From: Podarcis vaucheri
Lineage: Eukaryota
Assembly (NCBI GenBank): GCA_965113315.1
Contig: OZ220364.1
Length of the DNA stretch: 64,000 nt
Direction: 5' to 3' (one strand)
A program made the translations under genes and the position numbers. The notes below the pieces were generated by a model. That model ran no database searches. It saw nothing but the letters and a program-made list of their open reading frames with translations, and was not told the origin of the DNA. This document shows, piece after piece, positions 52,001 through 64,000 of this stretch (position 1 is the first letter of the stretch; each line of letters opens with the position of its first letter).

Positions 52001-53162
52001 ACTCTCTACCAGTTTTTTCAGGACAGGTGTTAAGCTAACCAGCCTGTAATTTCTAGGATTCCCCCTGGATCCCATTTTAAAAGTTAGTGTCACATTGGCT
52101 ACTTTCGTCTTCAGGTGTGGAGGTTGATCTTTGGGACAATATACAGTGGTACCTCAGGTTACAGATGCTTCAGGTTACAGACTCCGCTAACCCAGAAATA
52201 ATACCTTGGGTTAAGAACTTTGCTTCAGGATGAGAAGAGAAATTGCGTGGTGGCAGGAGGCCCAATTAGCTAAAGTGGTACCTCAGGTTAAGAACAGTTT
52301 CAGGTTAAGAACGGACCTCTGGAACGAATTAAGTTCTTAACCCGAGGTACCACTGTACATATTTTTATTAAGTCAGAAACTTCATATTTGAGTTGAGATC
52401 TCTTGAGTAGATTCAGACCCCAATTTGCCTCAATTCCTCAGACTTCATACAAAAGTTAATTTAGGCAAAAGTTAGTTCCCCACCATCATTTTTCCAACAG
52501 AGCAATATTTTCCCCAACTATATAACATAAGGTGAAATTAACATGCATCATATTTAAAGTGAAATACTGTTCTCTTCGGCCTCTGCATCCATCTAACCTT
52601 AAAGAGCTCTTTGCTATGAAGACAGCATGTATTTAAATACATCCAATAAAATGTGAATATACAGCAGCAACTTTCAGCTGGGGTAATGTCCATGTTTTGG
52701 AATAGATGTAGGTGGAGGGTCATCCTTGAACCTTGGAAGTCAGAAGCAAACTATTTAAGATAGAGTGCTCTGTGTGTAACAGGCTTGCATGCTTTCCAGC
52801 ACCACAACCAGTATTGGACACTGTTAAGGATGGAATGGCGAGACTAGGTGACTTGCCAGCAAGTGGTTCTGTACTGGGATACCTGAACTTACCATGTGGT
52901 GGCAAATTGGGCGGGGAATGCGAGAGAGAAGTATTAGAAGCCGTTTTAGTGTCTTTAATAACATTTCCTTTTCTCTCTGCCCAATTTCAGGTGTGTGATC
53001 TGCATGCTGGATTTTGTATACGGAGACCCCATCCGGTTCTTGCCCTGCCTGCACATCTACCATGTTCACTGCATTGACGACTGGCTGATGCGATCATTCA
53101 CCTGCCCTTCTTGCATGGAGCCAGTTGACGCTGCTCTTCTGTCCTCCTACGAGACTAACTGA
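48672..53162 (+). CDS. RING finger protein 11-like (RNF11 paralog), 3 exons, 157 aa
   Basis: Exons 48672-48803, 51342-51511, 52991-53162 (474 nt). MGGC acylation-type N-terminus, DDLSLL dileucine, PPPY motif, TEEEQIRIAQRIGL, RING-H2 CVICMLDF..PCLHIYHVHCIDDWLMRSFTCPSC, ends ALLSSYETN*. AATAAA at 54401-54406. Confidence 0.93.
51780..52135 (-). mobile_element. CR1 LINE ORF2 fragment
   Basis: GSRGNPRNYRLVSLTPVLKKLVESIVKD and SGVPQELVLGPVLF (CR1 RT motifs, internally deleted). Confidence 0.8.
52144..52355. mobile_element. Tc1/mariner MITE (7579 family)
   Basis: TA|CAGTGGTACCTCAGGTTAC...TAACCCGAGGTACCACTG|TA. Confidence 0.88.
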
Positions 53163-55152
53163 GGTGGCTGGGTGCCCTGCTCTTGTTAATGCTTCCAGGC
53201 TCTGGCTGTGTGAGGGGCTGGGATGTGGCACACACTTTTATTTGCACACTTCTGGGATACACCAAAGATCCTATGGCAGAGAATCTGATCCCAGGCCTTG
53301 AGGACAACACAGAACCATTCTAGCTTGGCTGGCTGTGCTAAAGGCTGACTTGTGCCATATTTGAGAATTGTAACCAGAGTAGGTGGAGACTGGGGGCGAA
53401 ATGGCAAAGCAAGAATTGTCCTTTCACTCCACCCACAAATGCTGTTTTTTTCTTTTCTTTTCAAGATGATCAAGATTGTTCTTTAGGACTATTCTTACCC
53501 ACATACCTGTTTAAATCCCCACTGAGTTATCAAGTACAGGTCTGGGGTGTTACATGGGAGGGGACTGCAACTCTTTGACCAAAAAGAGAGAGTTGTTTAA
53601 AGCTAACACTGGTTGCAAAGATCTTCTAATTTCAAATCCAGAAAAGGAGTTTTAGCATTGTCACATCAACTCTGGTTGGTATGTGGCAGAGTCTGGAGTT
53701 TTGAGAAGTGTTTTTTTTTTAAAGCATTTCTCTGTTACCCCACAATGCTTCTTTTAACCAGGTGGGAAACAAGCGTCTTTAAAGCTTGGCCACTATTGAA
53801 ATCTTACCCGGTAGCACTTGTGCTACAATGCACAAAACAAGTCTAAGGGGTTTGTCTCAGTTCTTTGTGGGGGCAATTTGGAGCAGTGACCTTGGCAGGG
53901 AGATTTGAGCTTGATTTCTGTAGTTGGAGTCAGAGTGCTTCTGTTTAAAGGTTCATGTTTCAACTAAGAGTGAACGATACATACTTTTCACTTCCTCTCT
54001 TCTGCTTGTAAAGATTTTAAGATGCTTTTAAGGTGAAGGAGACAGAAGAGTTATTTGTTAAATAACAGCTTTTTAGTAAGTTAGTGATGAAGTACAAAAG
54101 CCTCCTCTACAGATGGTGGGTTAAGGCATTCAAGTGCACTATTGTAAAGGGTAAAGAAACTGTTTGTTTGCCCAATGTTTACTCTGTTTGCCTTACACAA
54201 AATGAAGACTCTTGTCCCATAAGAAACTGCTAGCGATTAATGTCATGCAGCAAGCCCACTATTTGGAAAGGCTTCCCTTAGTCATGCTGTTTATTGCCTT
54301 GCAAGTGGAGAGGCGTGAAAGTGCTTTTCTGATTATGCATTGTCCTTAACAAGGATCTAGCACTTGAAAGTAAAACTGATGTGTGTTGCATTCAAATGGA
54401 AATAAAATAGATTGCATATAATCCCTTGTAGAAATAAGTATTTGGGCAAAGCGGACTGCTCATATCCCTTTTCTTCCATCACTCTTTCCAGCTAAAATGA
54501 ATGTCAGCAGCACTTGACAAGGAGAATTCTTCTACTGGTCAATCATCAGTGTTTCTTTTCTGTACTACCTTATGTCTTTTGCAAAAGATGGACTTGGTGG
54601 TTAGTCCATTTTTGATCAGGCATAATTTTACAGTTGCAAGGTCCATGCTGAGACTTGGGCCCTTCCTCTTTCCTTATTGTCCCAGGAAAGGAATAGCAGC
54701 AGCTGATTTCTAAGCTACATCACAAACCACTTTTCAATAGCAGGATCCCAAGGGTGGTGAGCAGAGCAGCAGCTGCAGCCCAGTTCCCTAGAGAGCTTTC
54801 TTGCCTTGAAGGAACAGCAACAACTAATAAGGAGCAGTGTAGTTGTTGTCTTAAAGGGATGACAGGAGATGGGAAATGGAGTAGAGCAGTAGATAAAATT
54901 CAAACTATGTTCCTGAAGGCTGCTTCTCCTGCAGTCACATCAGGGCCTGATTTGTAGCTGGTTTGCTACAAGTTTCATGTTTACCGTTGCAACTGTCATC
55001 TGAAGTATAAAGTGAGAAATACTTTCAACACATACTTGCACAAAATAGCAGGGGAGAGAGGAATGTAGGAGTAGAAAAAATAATAATGGCAGGGATGACA
55101 TTTTTAAAAACTCATTGTCTCCCCAAAGTTGGAGAGGCATCTCTAATTCAAT

Positions 55153-55515
55153 GGTAAAGGTAAAGGGACCCCTGACCGTAAAGTCCAGTCGCGAACGGCT
55201 CTGGGGTTGCGGCGCTCATCTCGCTTTACTGGCTGAGGGAGCTGGCATTTGTCCGCAGACAGCTTCTGGGTCATGTGGCCAGCATGACTAAGCTGCTTCT
55301 GGCAAACTAGAGCAGCACACAGAAACGCCGTTTACCTTCCCACTGGAGCAGTACCTATTTATCTACTTGCACTTTGATGTGCTTTCGAACTGCTAGGTTG
55401 GCAGGAGCTGGGACCGAGCAATGGAAGCTCATCCCGTCGTGGGGATTCGAACCGTCGACCTTCTGATTGGCAGGCCCTAGGCTCTGTGGTTTAGACCACA
55501 GCGCTACCCGCGTCC
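55153..55515 (-). mobile_element. Sauria SINE, full length
   Basis: ggtaaaggtaaagggacccc tail to accacagcgctacccgcgtcc head; B box gggattcgaacc. Confidence 0.9.
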
Positions 55516-58500
55516 AGTGAGACAGTTAAGTAATTTTAGATTCTGAACTTAATGGTCTTATGGGGGCTCCACTCTTTAGATGGTAAAGCACATTACTTAC
55601 CTATTCAAAAATGTGGCAAGCCAGCTGTACTACCTTTGGGGGCTCTCCTGCTGAATAGGCCCCAAGATTCCTGCCCCAAAATCCTCCTGGGGAAGCACCA
55701 CTACACTAATGAAAAGTATCAAGTACTGGTGAAGCCCTCTGCCCAAAGCTCTGAGGAGCCACCATCAGTCAGACAGTACTGAACAAGACATGCTACTAGC
55801 CTGACTGTATAAGGCAGCTTCGTATGTAAAGATGGTTCACTGTGGAGTGAGCAACAGCACCTTGAGTTCCATTTGGCCTGATACACCCACTAGCCATCAA
55901 TCAAAGGGATGTCTAATGCACACCTGAAGACTGGCTGGAGTGGAAACAAAGTTGTTCTGCTGGCAACTGGGTATAGGGCCTCAAGCAACTGAAAAGAGGT
56001 AAGTGATCAAAGTTCTGGCTGGGGCAATATAACCAGGTCAGTACAACATCTAGCAGAAATGATACTTTCAAATAAATTTCACAGTGCACAAAAATATACA
56101 GTATGGGTTATCTATCATTGTGTTTTGAAAAGAACAAGCAGCAACACCTAGAAATAAAGATGAATATATCATGCAACTGTTGTAACCGCAATGAATGTGA
56201 AGCTATATTTTCATACCCCAGCTATTATTAGCTCATTCTTTAACCACATATTTTCCAGAATAGTGAATGAACAGTCTATGAATCTTGACCTCTGGAAATG
56301 TTCCCTAGCAAAGTGCAATTACACCATCACCAGATGCATAAAGTTATCCTAAGCTAAAAAATATGTTTATATCCTGTACTTACTATGAAGAGTTCAAGGA
56401 GTGTACATAGTTTGCCTTTCACCCATTTTATCCTTGTAGCCTGTTAAGCTGAAAGAAAGTGATTGGCCCATGGTCATCCAATGAGCTTCATGGTCAAATG
56501 GGGATTTGAATGTTCATCTTCCAAGCCCCAGGTCCAGCACTCTCAACCACTATATCACATTGGATTCCACATGCATGTGATAGGAGAGGGAGAACTATTA
56601 GCAGTGTAGTTAGTCTAGTTTGTGCCTTTTAGAATTTCCTATGTTAAAACTTAAATACATAAAAATCATTAGTGAATATTCACAAAGCAGTGATGAGTCA
56701 CTATTGATTTTACATACATTAATTTTTAACAAAAATTTTAATGTCTCTTGCATTTTATATCCTCCTAACTCCACTACCAATGTCTGTGTATAAAATTAAA
56801 AACATAACACTTCTTGCATATGATCATATACTTTAGTCCACAAATGCACATACCACTAATATATTTGTTAAGTCTTCAAGGTGCCACATATTTACTGTTT
56901 TTGCTGCAACAGAGTAGCATGATTACCTCTGAAAGCCATAGGTTATACAGGCAACTCCCCATTTGCACAGGGGTTGTGTTCTTGGCATTTGCACTCTTCA
57001 GAGAAGTGCGCATAAGCCCACCCTGTCCCCATTCCACTCTCTCCTGGGTCCAAAACAACCCATCTGCTGGCCGTCACTTTTCAATTGACTACACGCAAAC
57101 AGGTCACTACCTGTATAAGTAAAAATACCTTTCATCATAAAAAAGAAATAGAAAGGAAACAAGACAAAGCTAGCGAATCAATATCCACAACAGAATTTTA
57201 TTTTAAAAAGCTAGTAGTAAGAATGATTATCAGTGCTCTAAGCCAGATTGTGGTCAAAAGCAATAAAGGAGTCTGATCTAGTGTAGAACAAGGAAGCAAA
57301 CTGCCACCACTTTATAACAGGTGTGTAACCAGATACCAGTGAAATATTTAACCCTTCCAAGTTGCTTCAGGCTTTAAACAGTAAAGTCTCATATATGACC
57401 ACCCCGAGCCCCTTTCAGACACTACCTCAAACTGAATATAGCAGGTGGTGATGTCTTCCAGCCCTTTCCCAAATCTCTACCTATTCAGGTCTGAAATAGT
57501 GTTTGACATGCATACGGTCATATGTATGAAAGTTTCTGCCACATGATTAGGTTTCCTAATCACACTGAAGAGCCTAAACACATATAGATGTACACACCCC
57601 ATCTAGATCTTCTGCTGAATAAAGGTCTGAACAGGACTCAAGTCAGCTGAGATTCCAGCAAGTGTACATAACTAATTAAACAAGAGTGTTAGGTTGTACC
57701 CAACAGAATCATTGTATTAGCAGAATGACTTCTACCTCCCTCTACCTCCCTCCCAAAATCTGCTTTGAGATTTCCCCCAAACATCCAAAGCAGATTTGGG
57801 GGTTGCAGACAGGATTCAATCCAGTATTTCCTCCACTTCCCATGTCCTACACAACCATCAGAGTGTTCTGACTGGTAGAAAGCAGTGACCTTTTCCGCAG
57901 AGAGGGCATTTATATATAAAACATTTGGCCTAAAGGCTGTTCAATAACATAACACACACCCTTTAGGCCTCTCCTAGATCAGAATATAAAACTTCAGCTG
58001 GTTTTCTTTCAGCTTAGAAATCTTCTGCAAGTATGTTTTGCATTGAGCAGAAGTTGGGTATTTCATATGTGTTCTCTGACACAAAGCGCCTGTTCCATGA
58101 AAAGGAAATGGCACAAATGGAGTAAGATTCAAACATAAGCCCAACTGCACCCTCAACACAAAAATTTGGGGCTATAAATTATCCTAGAAAAGGTCTTGTT
58201 TGTATTCTCATTTCTTGACATTCCAACTGCTAAGAATGTACCCGAGGCCTTTCTATGAAGTTGTCATCCCCAGTTACTCTCAGTGACAGAACTCACATCA
58301 CTGCAGAAACTATCTGAATTTCAGCTTTAGTACACTACTTCACTGAAAGTATAAGGAGTCTAAATGGAGAATAAAAAAAGAGAAACATAGGCTCCCATGC
58401 ACACAGCAAACAACTGCTAGACAAACAGCCTTTCTCAAAGAACTCTGGCCACAAAGCCCAGGACTGGAACAGAGGGGCTAGTCAAAGGCTAGAATCATGA

Positions 58501-59290
58501 TATCTGGAAATTCCATTTGACCCAGAGCACGTTTGTTGTAATTTTAGCCAATTTTTCTCCTAATGGGTTTAAGTGCAGACCAAGTTTCTACCTTCTTAGC
58601 TAAGAGATAGGCACAACATAATCCGCAGTGCTAAATTGGAGCATGCATAGCAGAAGGCAAGGAATGAGTTTAAGCAGCAGCAACTGGAATTCAGAATAAA
58701 ACCACATAACGCACTGTATTGTACAGTGAAATGGAGAGGAAAAAACAGAAGCAGAAATGCACCCACAAAATTGTCAGATACTAAGCATATCAAGGAACTC
58801 AGCACTGGTCACCTTTTCATCAAAGTGTTCTGGAATTACTGTTGTCTGCAATGCGGATTTGGAAACTGTGACCACATGTTAAGTTCATCTTCAACAGAAA
58901 CAGATAATGCATTTGGCAAAACGGATCCATTTAGCTTATCCCATTGTGGAAACTTGAGCAGTACTGGAAGTGTTAAGCAAAGGTTTAATGCTAAAGATTT
59001 TGTGGGCATGGTATGTTGCCTGGTGATTCAGGGAAAGACATATCAGACCAATTCCACTATTTTGGGGATTACAAATTAAAAAATCCTGCAACTAAGTCAA
59101 AGTTCTTAGTTCTCAGAAGAAAGAAGATAACAATAAATGAACCAATGAAGGAGGCTCTAAATTCCCAGATATAAAAGCATGGCAAGTCACCTGCTGCCGT
59201 GGCAGCATTCAGTCTGTGGGGCAGAGCTACTCTCCTTTGACGTTTTAAATAATTATGTACATCAGAGAAAGTCCAAGCTGGAGATGAGAG

Positions 59291-62200
59291 TTATTTCACC
59301 AAAGGTCGGGTTTTATCATCATCACTGCACTGGTGGGCTTTGTATTTTTTCACTTCAGCCATATATTTGGCCCACGCATCACCTTTACTTGTCAAAACCT
59401 ACAAACAAAACAGGAGAGGCAAAAATGAAATGTTACGTATCTCTCATTATTTTATTCAGAAGCATACCATATACAGAAAACATTAACAATGGCAAAAAAC
59501 AATGGCATAAACCTAACCATCTAACTAGGAGTCTGTGGGTTGTATTGTACTAGGGAGCCCCAGGTTCAAATTCTTGCTCAGCTATAAACCTCACAGTATG
59601 ACACTGGGGTAGTCAACATCTCTTTAGTCTAACCTACCACATAATATTGTGAAGTCAAAGGGAGGATAACCCCAGTTACTTGATCTGCCATTATCTCATT
59701 GGAATTAAAAGCACTGGGTCATAGTCAGTGCTGCTGTAACAGACATTCCCATCTTCTCTTTTCTAGTCCTCACAAGGACCCTCTGCAGCAGATTTTGAAG
59801 GTGCATGCAAGAAGGATGGGAGTCCTATTATGCAAGAGGAACTCTGTACATGCAGCATTTGAAACAACCCTGTTTACAAAAATGAAATAGACAGGGAAGC
59901 GTAACACTTAACCAGGAAATATCAGTTCTTCAGTTCATTTGACAAGCACCTTTCCTACTAAGGAAGAACACAAGCTTCCAGCTTCATTGCTATTATCACA
60001 ACTGAAGCAGGAACAAGAAATAAAGTACTCTTCTGCTGCTCCTGTAGACCTATATAGCAGTTTTTCATTGAAGGGCTGCCACTGCCGTTATTGCAGAGTT
60101 CATATTCTTTCTGTGGGTTGTCTCTTTCTCTCTCCCTCCCCTCACATACACAAATTAAAGCAACCTGCCCCTGAGATTCTAGAAGAGGCGAAAAATCATT
60201 CTTCTACAAATTTTCTCACACTCCAAAGATGGCCATTTCCCTAAAGATGGAAGGTCAACATCAGTGCCAAACTTAGATAGCATGAGGGAGAAGAATATTA
60301 GCTTCAACTTCCATTCCTGCTGAAATGGAAGCAAAAGCATTGCTGCCCCATGGGCTGTCAAGCTGACATAAATGAGGTTCATGCTAACTTACCTCATCCT
60401 CTGTCTTTTGTTTCTTGGCTACCACTCCTGTCTTCAGGGCTAGCTTGCTGCCCCCTCTCCGCTTGCCCACCTGGGTGAAGGGACAGAAGACTGCAACCGT
60501 TATACGAGCCTGGGAGCTGCAAGGGGAATGTTGCCCACTATATAACGGTATAGGGAGTCCTTCAATTAGATCATCTTAGCTCGCCATCACACCTGTCAGT
60601 CAGTACAGAGCTGCCGAGCGTTACCTACACCGTTGTGCTAGGAGGGTAAAAGGGCACCTTAGCAGTGTTCACCAATACATCTGTACAGATCAGCCCAAAC
60701 ATTAAAAGACACATTTTATAAAAAAATGAAGTATTCTGAATGCTTTCCAGGCTCAATGTCCATTAGAAAATAGGATCAACACTGAACTTCCACTCACATT
60801 CCCCTAAAACATCACAACATACATGAAACTGTTTGATTTCCTAATAATTACAAGGACAATCAAGTTGACAAGAGTCAGTCTTATCCCTGTCTAGGGAGGG
60901 GCTGTGTGCTACTGTCATTCTATAAATCTGTATAATCTCCATAAAACAAAAAATGGATTTCTAAGAGCAGCTCGAGGCTTAAGATATGAAATGTCAGCTT
61001 TCATTTTGAAAAAAAACAAGCTTGAAAACAGATGGGGTCCTTCTGCTAAAAACTAAGGAACGAGAGCAGGGTTTCAATGTCCACTATCAGCACCCTGCTC
61101 ACATCATGGAATTCCTGCAGTAAATGCCCCTTATGCTCTTCCTATTCATAGCGCCAGTAATGCCATATGCCCAAACGTATGCTCCATCTCCAAGAATCCT
61201 CTATCTAGAGACTCCAGGTTTCATAAGACTGAAAGGGAAAAAATACTAATTTTGTTACTCTTAGGCTGCAATTCCATACACAATAACCTGGTATTAATTC
61301 CCACTGAACTCAACAGCTTATTTTTTAGTAAACACAGAGCACCTTGTTGTTATTCTATTCTGAGTAGCCTCCCCTTTTCTATAACAGGCTATGTTATTAA
61401 TGCTAAACCAATAGAGAATACAGTTACATTTGCATTCTTCTCTATCCAGCTGCGAACCAAATAGCAGCTTACTTCAGAATTATCACACCAATACAGATGT
61501 TGAACGGATTTCATTCTGTTGTAAGCATGATGCTATCTATGCAGAAAAACTTCCATATGCTAGACAAAAGCCCCATTTACTTGCAACAGCTGTTTAAAGC
61601 AGGGAAAACTCCTGGTTTGCTTTAAGAAAAAGGGCCTAGTTTATCTTAATACACCTCAGTTCCTTTGTTTTCATATAATGCCTGTATCAGTCTCTATCAG
61701 ATGGTTCTCCAAAACACAGCTAAATCAAAGCATTATGTTGTGGTATTTTACTTGCAGTTCACAGGATGGCCTTCTAGATCTACTACTTCCAATTTGAATC
61801 TATATTACACACATCAGGATTGACACTTTTAGTTTCTCAGAAGGAGGCAGAAAAGAGAATGTTTATCCAATTATTTATTTTGCACCTTGCACTTTTACCT
61901 GTCCCAAGTTAAGATTCAGTAGGTTTTTTTTAAAAAAAAAAGTCATAATTTTGTTGGATTATTTTGGCTGTGGCTACTGAATGGCTTTGATTTTTAGAAA
62001 TGCACAGCAGCAGGTAGTTCTGTCATGGGGCAGGATTATTAAGAACCCCAAAATGCAAGCTTGGAACTTGAAGTTCACCCACTTGGAAATAAGGCACACT
62101 GAAATTAATGAGTTTTTGAGCAAATATGTTTATGGTCAGAGAATAAAAGGGATTTTGATGTTTACTTTATAGACTGAGATTAGGACTAGTTAAGTAAAAA

Positions 62201-63054
62201 TAGCCTCCCAACATTTATTGGGAACAGCACTTACAGAAGTATTCTAGAACTGCCTACTTTCAAGTCCACAATCAATATGAACAAACCCAGTAAAACATTA
62301 ACTTGCACAGCAATGACATATGTCCACTATAGTATGCAACCACTGTCAACAGACATTTAAAAAAATTGCTTGCTGCATACACCTATGCTATATATTACCG
62401 GGGCGAGGGGGATCAGCACTAAATATCCATGTCCATCGGACTTAAATTTATAACGTGAATTAAAGTGAGCTTTGAAAACCTTTGTCGAGAGCTCGGAGGA
62501 AGAGAATTTAACAGTGCTCCTAGTAATATGATTCCGCTACCGTAACAGAAATACTGGGGGGAGGAGAAGAGATAACATTTTACAGGGGTGAGGAAGTGCT
62601 TCACCCGTTGAACTTCTGCCTGCCAAGCACCTATTAAGGGCACATGCGACCATGTCAGGAAAGGAGATGAAAACTGGCAGGCAGAAGGCGCCAGCCAGCG
62701 CCTCGGTCCTTTGGGGTCTGGGGAGGGCGGAGGCAGAAAGCGAAGAGGAGTAAGCCAAGGGAAAGGGGAGGAGGGGGTGTCAGGGCCCGGATCCCTTACG
62801 AAGCTGAGGGCGCTCCCGCTCCGCTTCTTTTCCGGCGGCTCCTGTTCCCCGGGCGGCTCCGGCCGAGACTCGGTCTCTCTCTGCTTTTCGGCCCCCGCTT
62901 TCCCCGCTCCCGGTCCGCTCCTCCCTCCCGCGGCGGCGGCCTCTTCCATGCGCCGCTTGAAGAGCTCTAGGAAGGAGCCGTCGTTGGCGAACACGTTCAC
63001 TCCGCCCGGCCCGGCCGCCTCGGAGCCTGGGCCCCTGCCTTGCGCCGCCGCCAT
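59291..63054 (-). CDS. TRIR: Telomerase RNA component interacting RNase (C19orf43), 3 exons, 146 aa
   Basis: Exons (-): 62800-63054, 60393-60470, 59291-59398 (441 nt). Motifs NVFANDGSFLELFKRRME, VGKRRGGSKLALKTGVVAKKQK, DAWAKYMAEVKKYKAHQCSDDDKTRPLVK*. Confidence 0.95.
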
Positions 63055-63667
63055 CTTGCGCCGCCCTCCCTGCCTTGAGCGTACGCGCCCTGGAGCACGG
63101 TGGGGAGCGGTGACGAGGCCGGCGCCGCAAAGCACGACGGGAGAGGCGACGTTGCTAGGCTGCCCACGCACGTCAAAAAAAAAGGAGAAGTATCGCAGAC
63201 CGACCCGGCGCGTCCGCCCTGCGGGATACTGACAGGCCTTATGAGCCAATCAAAAAAGATAACGGGCCGCAGCCTGGAGGAAATCGATGATGGAGTGAGC
63301 ACTTTACCAATCAGAAACAGCGAGAGGCGGGCGTTTGGGGTGGGTGGGAGCTCCTTCAGAAAGGGGTTCAGGAGCCAATCAAGAAAGGAAGCTGCCGGCC
63401 AATAGGCTGAGATAAGACAAGTGTGGGCAAGACCATATCAGCCGGCTAGGAAGGGGTGCGATTACTGTGTTACTCAACCTTTTTGTGACGCACCGGTTTG
63501 AGCACCTTGTGTGATTGAAGGATCTGAAGAGCAGGCCGAGGTCGGGAAGGGTACTTGCGCGCCTTGCTTCCTGTTAATGAGCGAAGGCGCTGAGCGGGGA
63601 CAACCAATCTGAATCTCCCTACAAGATGGTGTAGCTCTGCATCTTGTCACGTGATTTTGGTTTCAAG
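63055..63667. promoter_or_regulatory. Bidirectional TRIR/GET3 promoter
   Basis: Head-to-head ATGs 613 nt apart. CCAAT at 63246, 63307, 63375, 63399 and 63604. E-box GTCACGTGA 63646-63654. YY1-type CAAGATGGCGGC overlaps both start codons. Confidence 0.8.
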
Positions 63668-63831
63668 ATGGCGGCGGCGGCGGCATCTGGGTTGGCGACT
63701 GAGGCGGATGAGTTCGAGGACGCACCAGACGTGGAGCCGCTGGAGCCGACACTGAGCAACATCATCGAGCAGCGGAGCCTGAAATGGATTTTCGTCGGAG
63801 GGAAGGGTGGCGTTGGCAAGACCACCTGCAG
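63668..63831 (+). CDS. GET3: ATPase GET3/ASNA1/TRC40, first coding exon (gene continues beyond window)
   Basis: [54 protein letters not shown] with deviant Walker A; donor AG|GTGAGT at 63831/63832. Confidence 0.95.
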
Positions 63832-64000
63832 GTGAGTTGGTCGGGGAGATGTCGTTGGGAGGGATGGCAGACATTGCTGCCTCCGCCTTTCTCTCTCCTT
63901 GGCAGCTGCTGCTGTGCCTTTTCAGGAGCTGTGTGACAGGCAGAAACCCAGCAAGCGCAGCTTTCATATCGCTGAACCTCTGCTGGCAAAAGCTCTACCT

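Noticed and set aside
62419-63249. 276-aa ORF
   Set aside because: Only 62800-63054 is TRIR exon 1; the rest is promoter and intron read-through.

Overview
Vertebrate genomic DNA, most likely a lacertid lizard (inferred from Sauria-SINE copies and squamate-type TA-flanked MITEs). The block is syntenic with human 19p13.13: FBXW9 (-, 10 coding exons, 466 aa), TNPO2 (-, 23 coding exons, 888 aa), an RNF11-like gene (+, 3 exons, 157 aa) that I do not know from this position in human, TRIR (-, 3 exons, 146 aa) and exon 1 of GET3/ASNA1 (+). Exon phases were checked by hand and join into open frames; most ORF-track entries are spurious. The most interesting layer is non-coding. TNPO2 introns host three box C/D snoRNAs: SNORD41, a SNORD41 paralog substituted exactly at the D+5 target-pairing base, and a candidate 18S guide. 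TNPO2 also has a U12-type intron, a long G.U-rich hairpin abutting a cryptic stop-containing acceptor, and a solo LTR with an intact ORF. TRIR intron 1 has a structured 3' end with a candidate 13-nt micro-exon. No searches or folding programs were run; homology and rRNA comparisons rest on remembered sequences.
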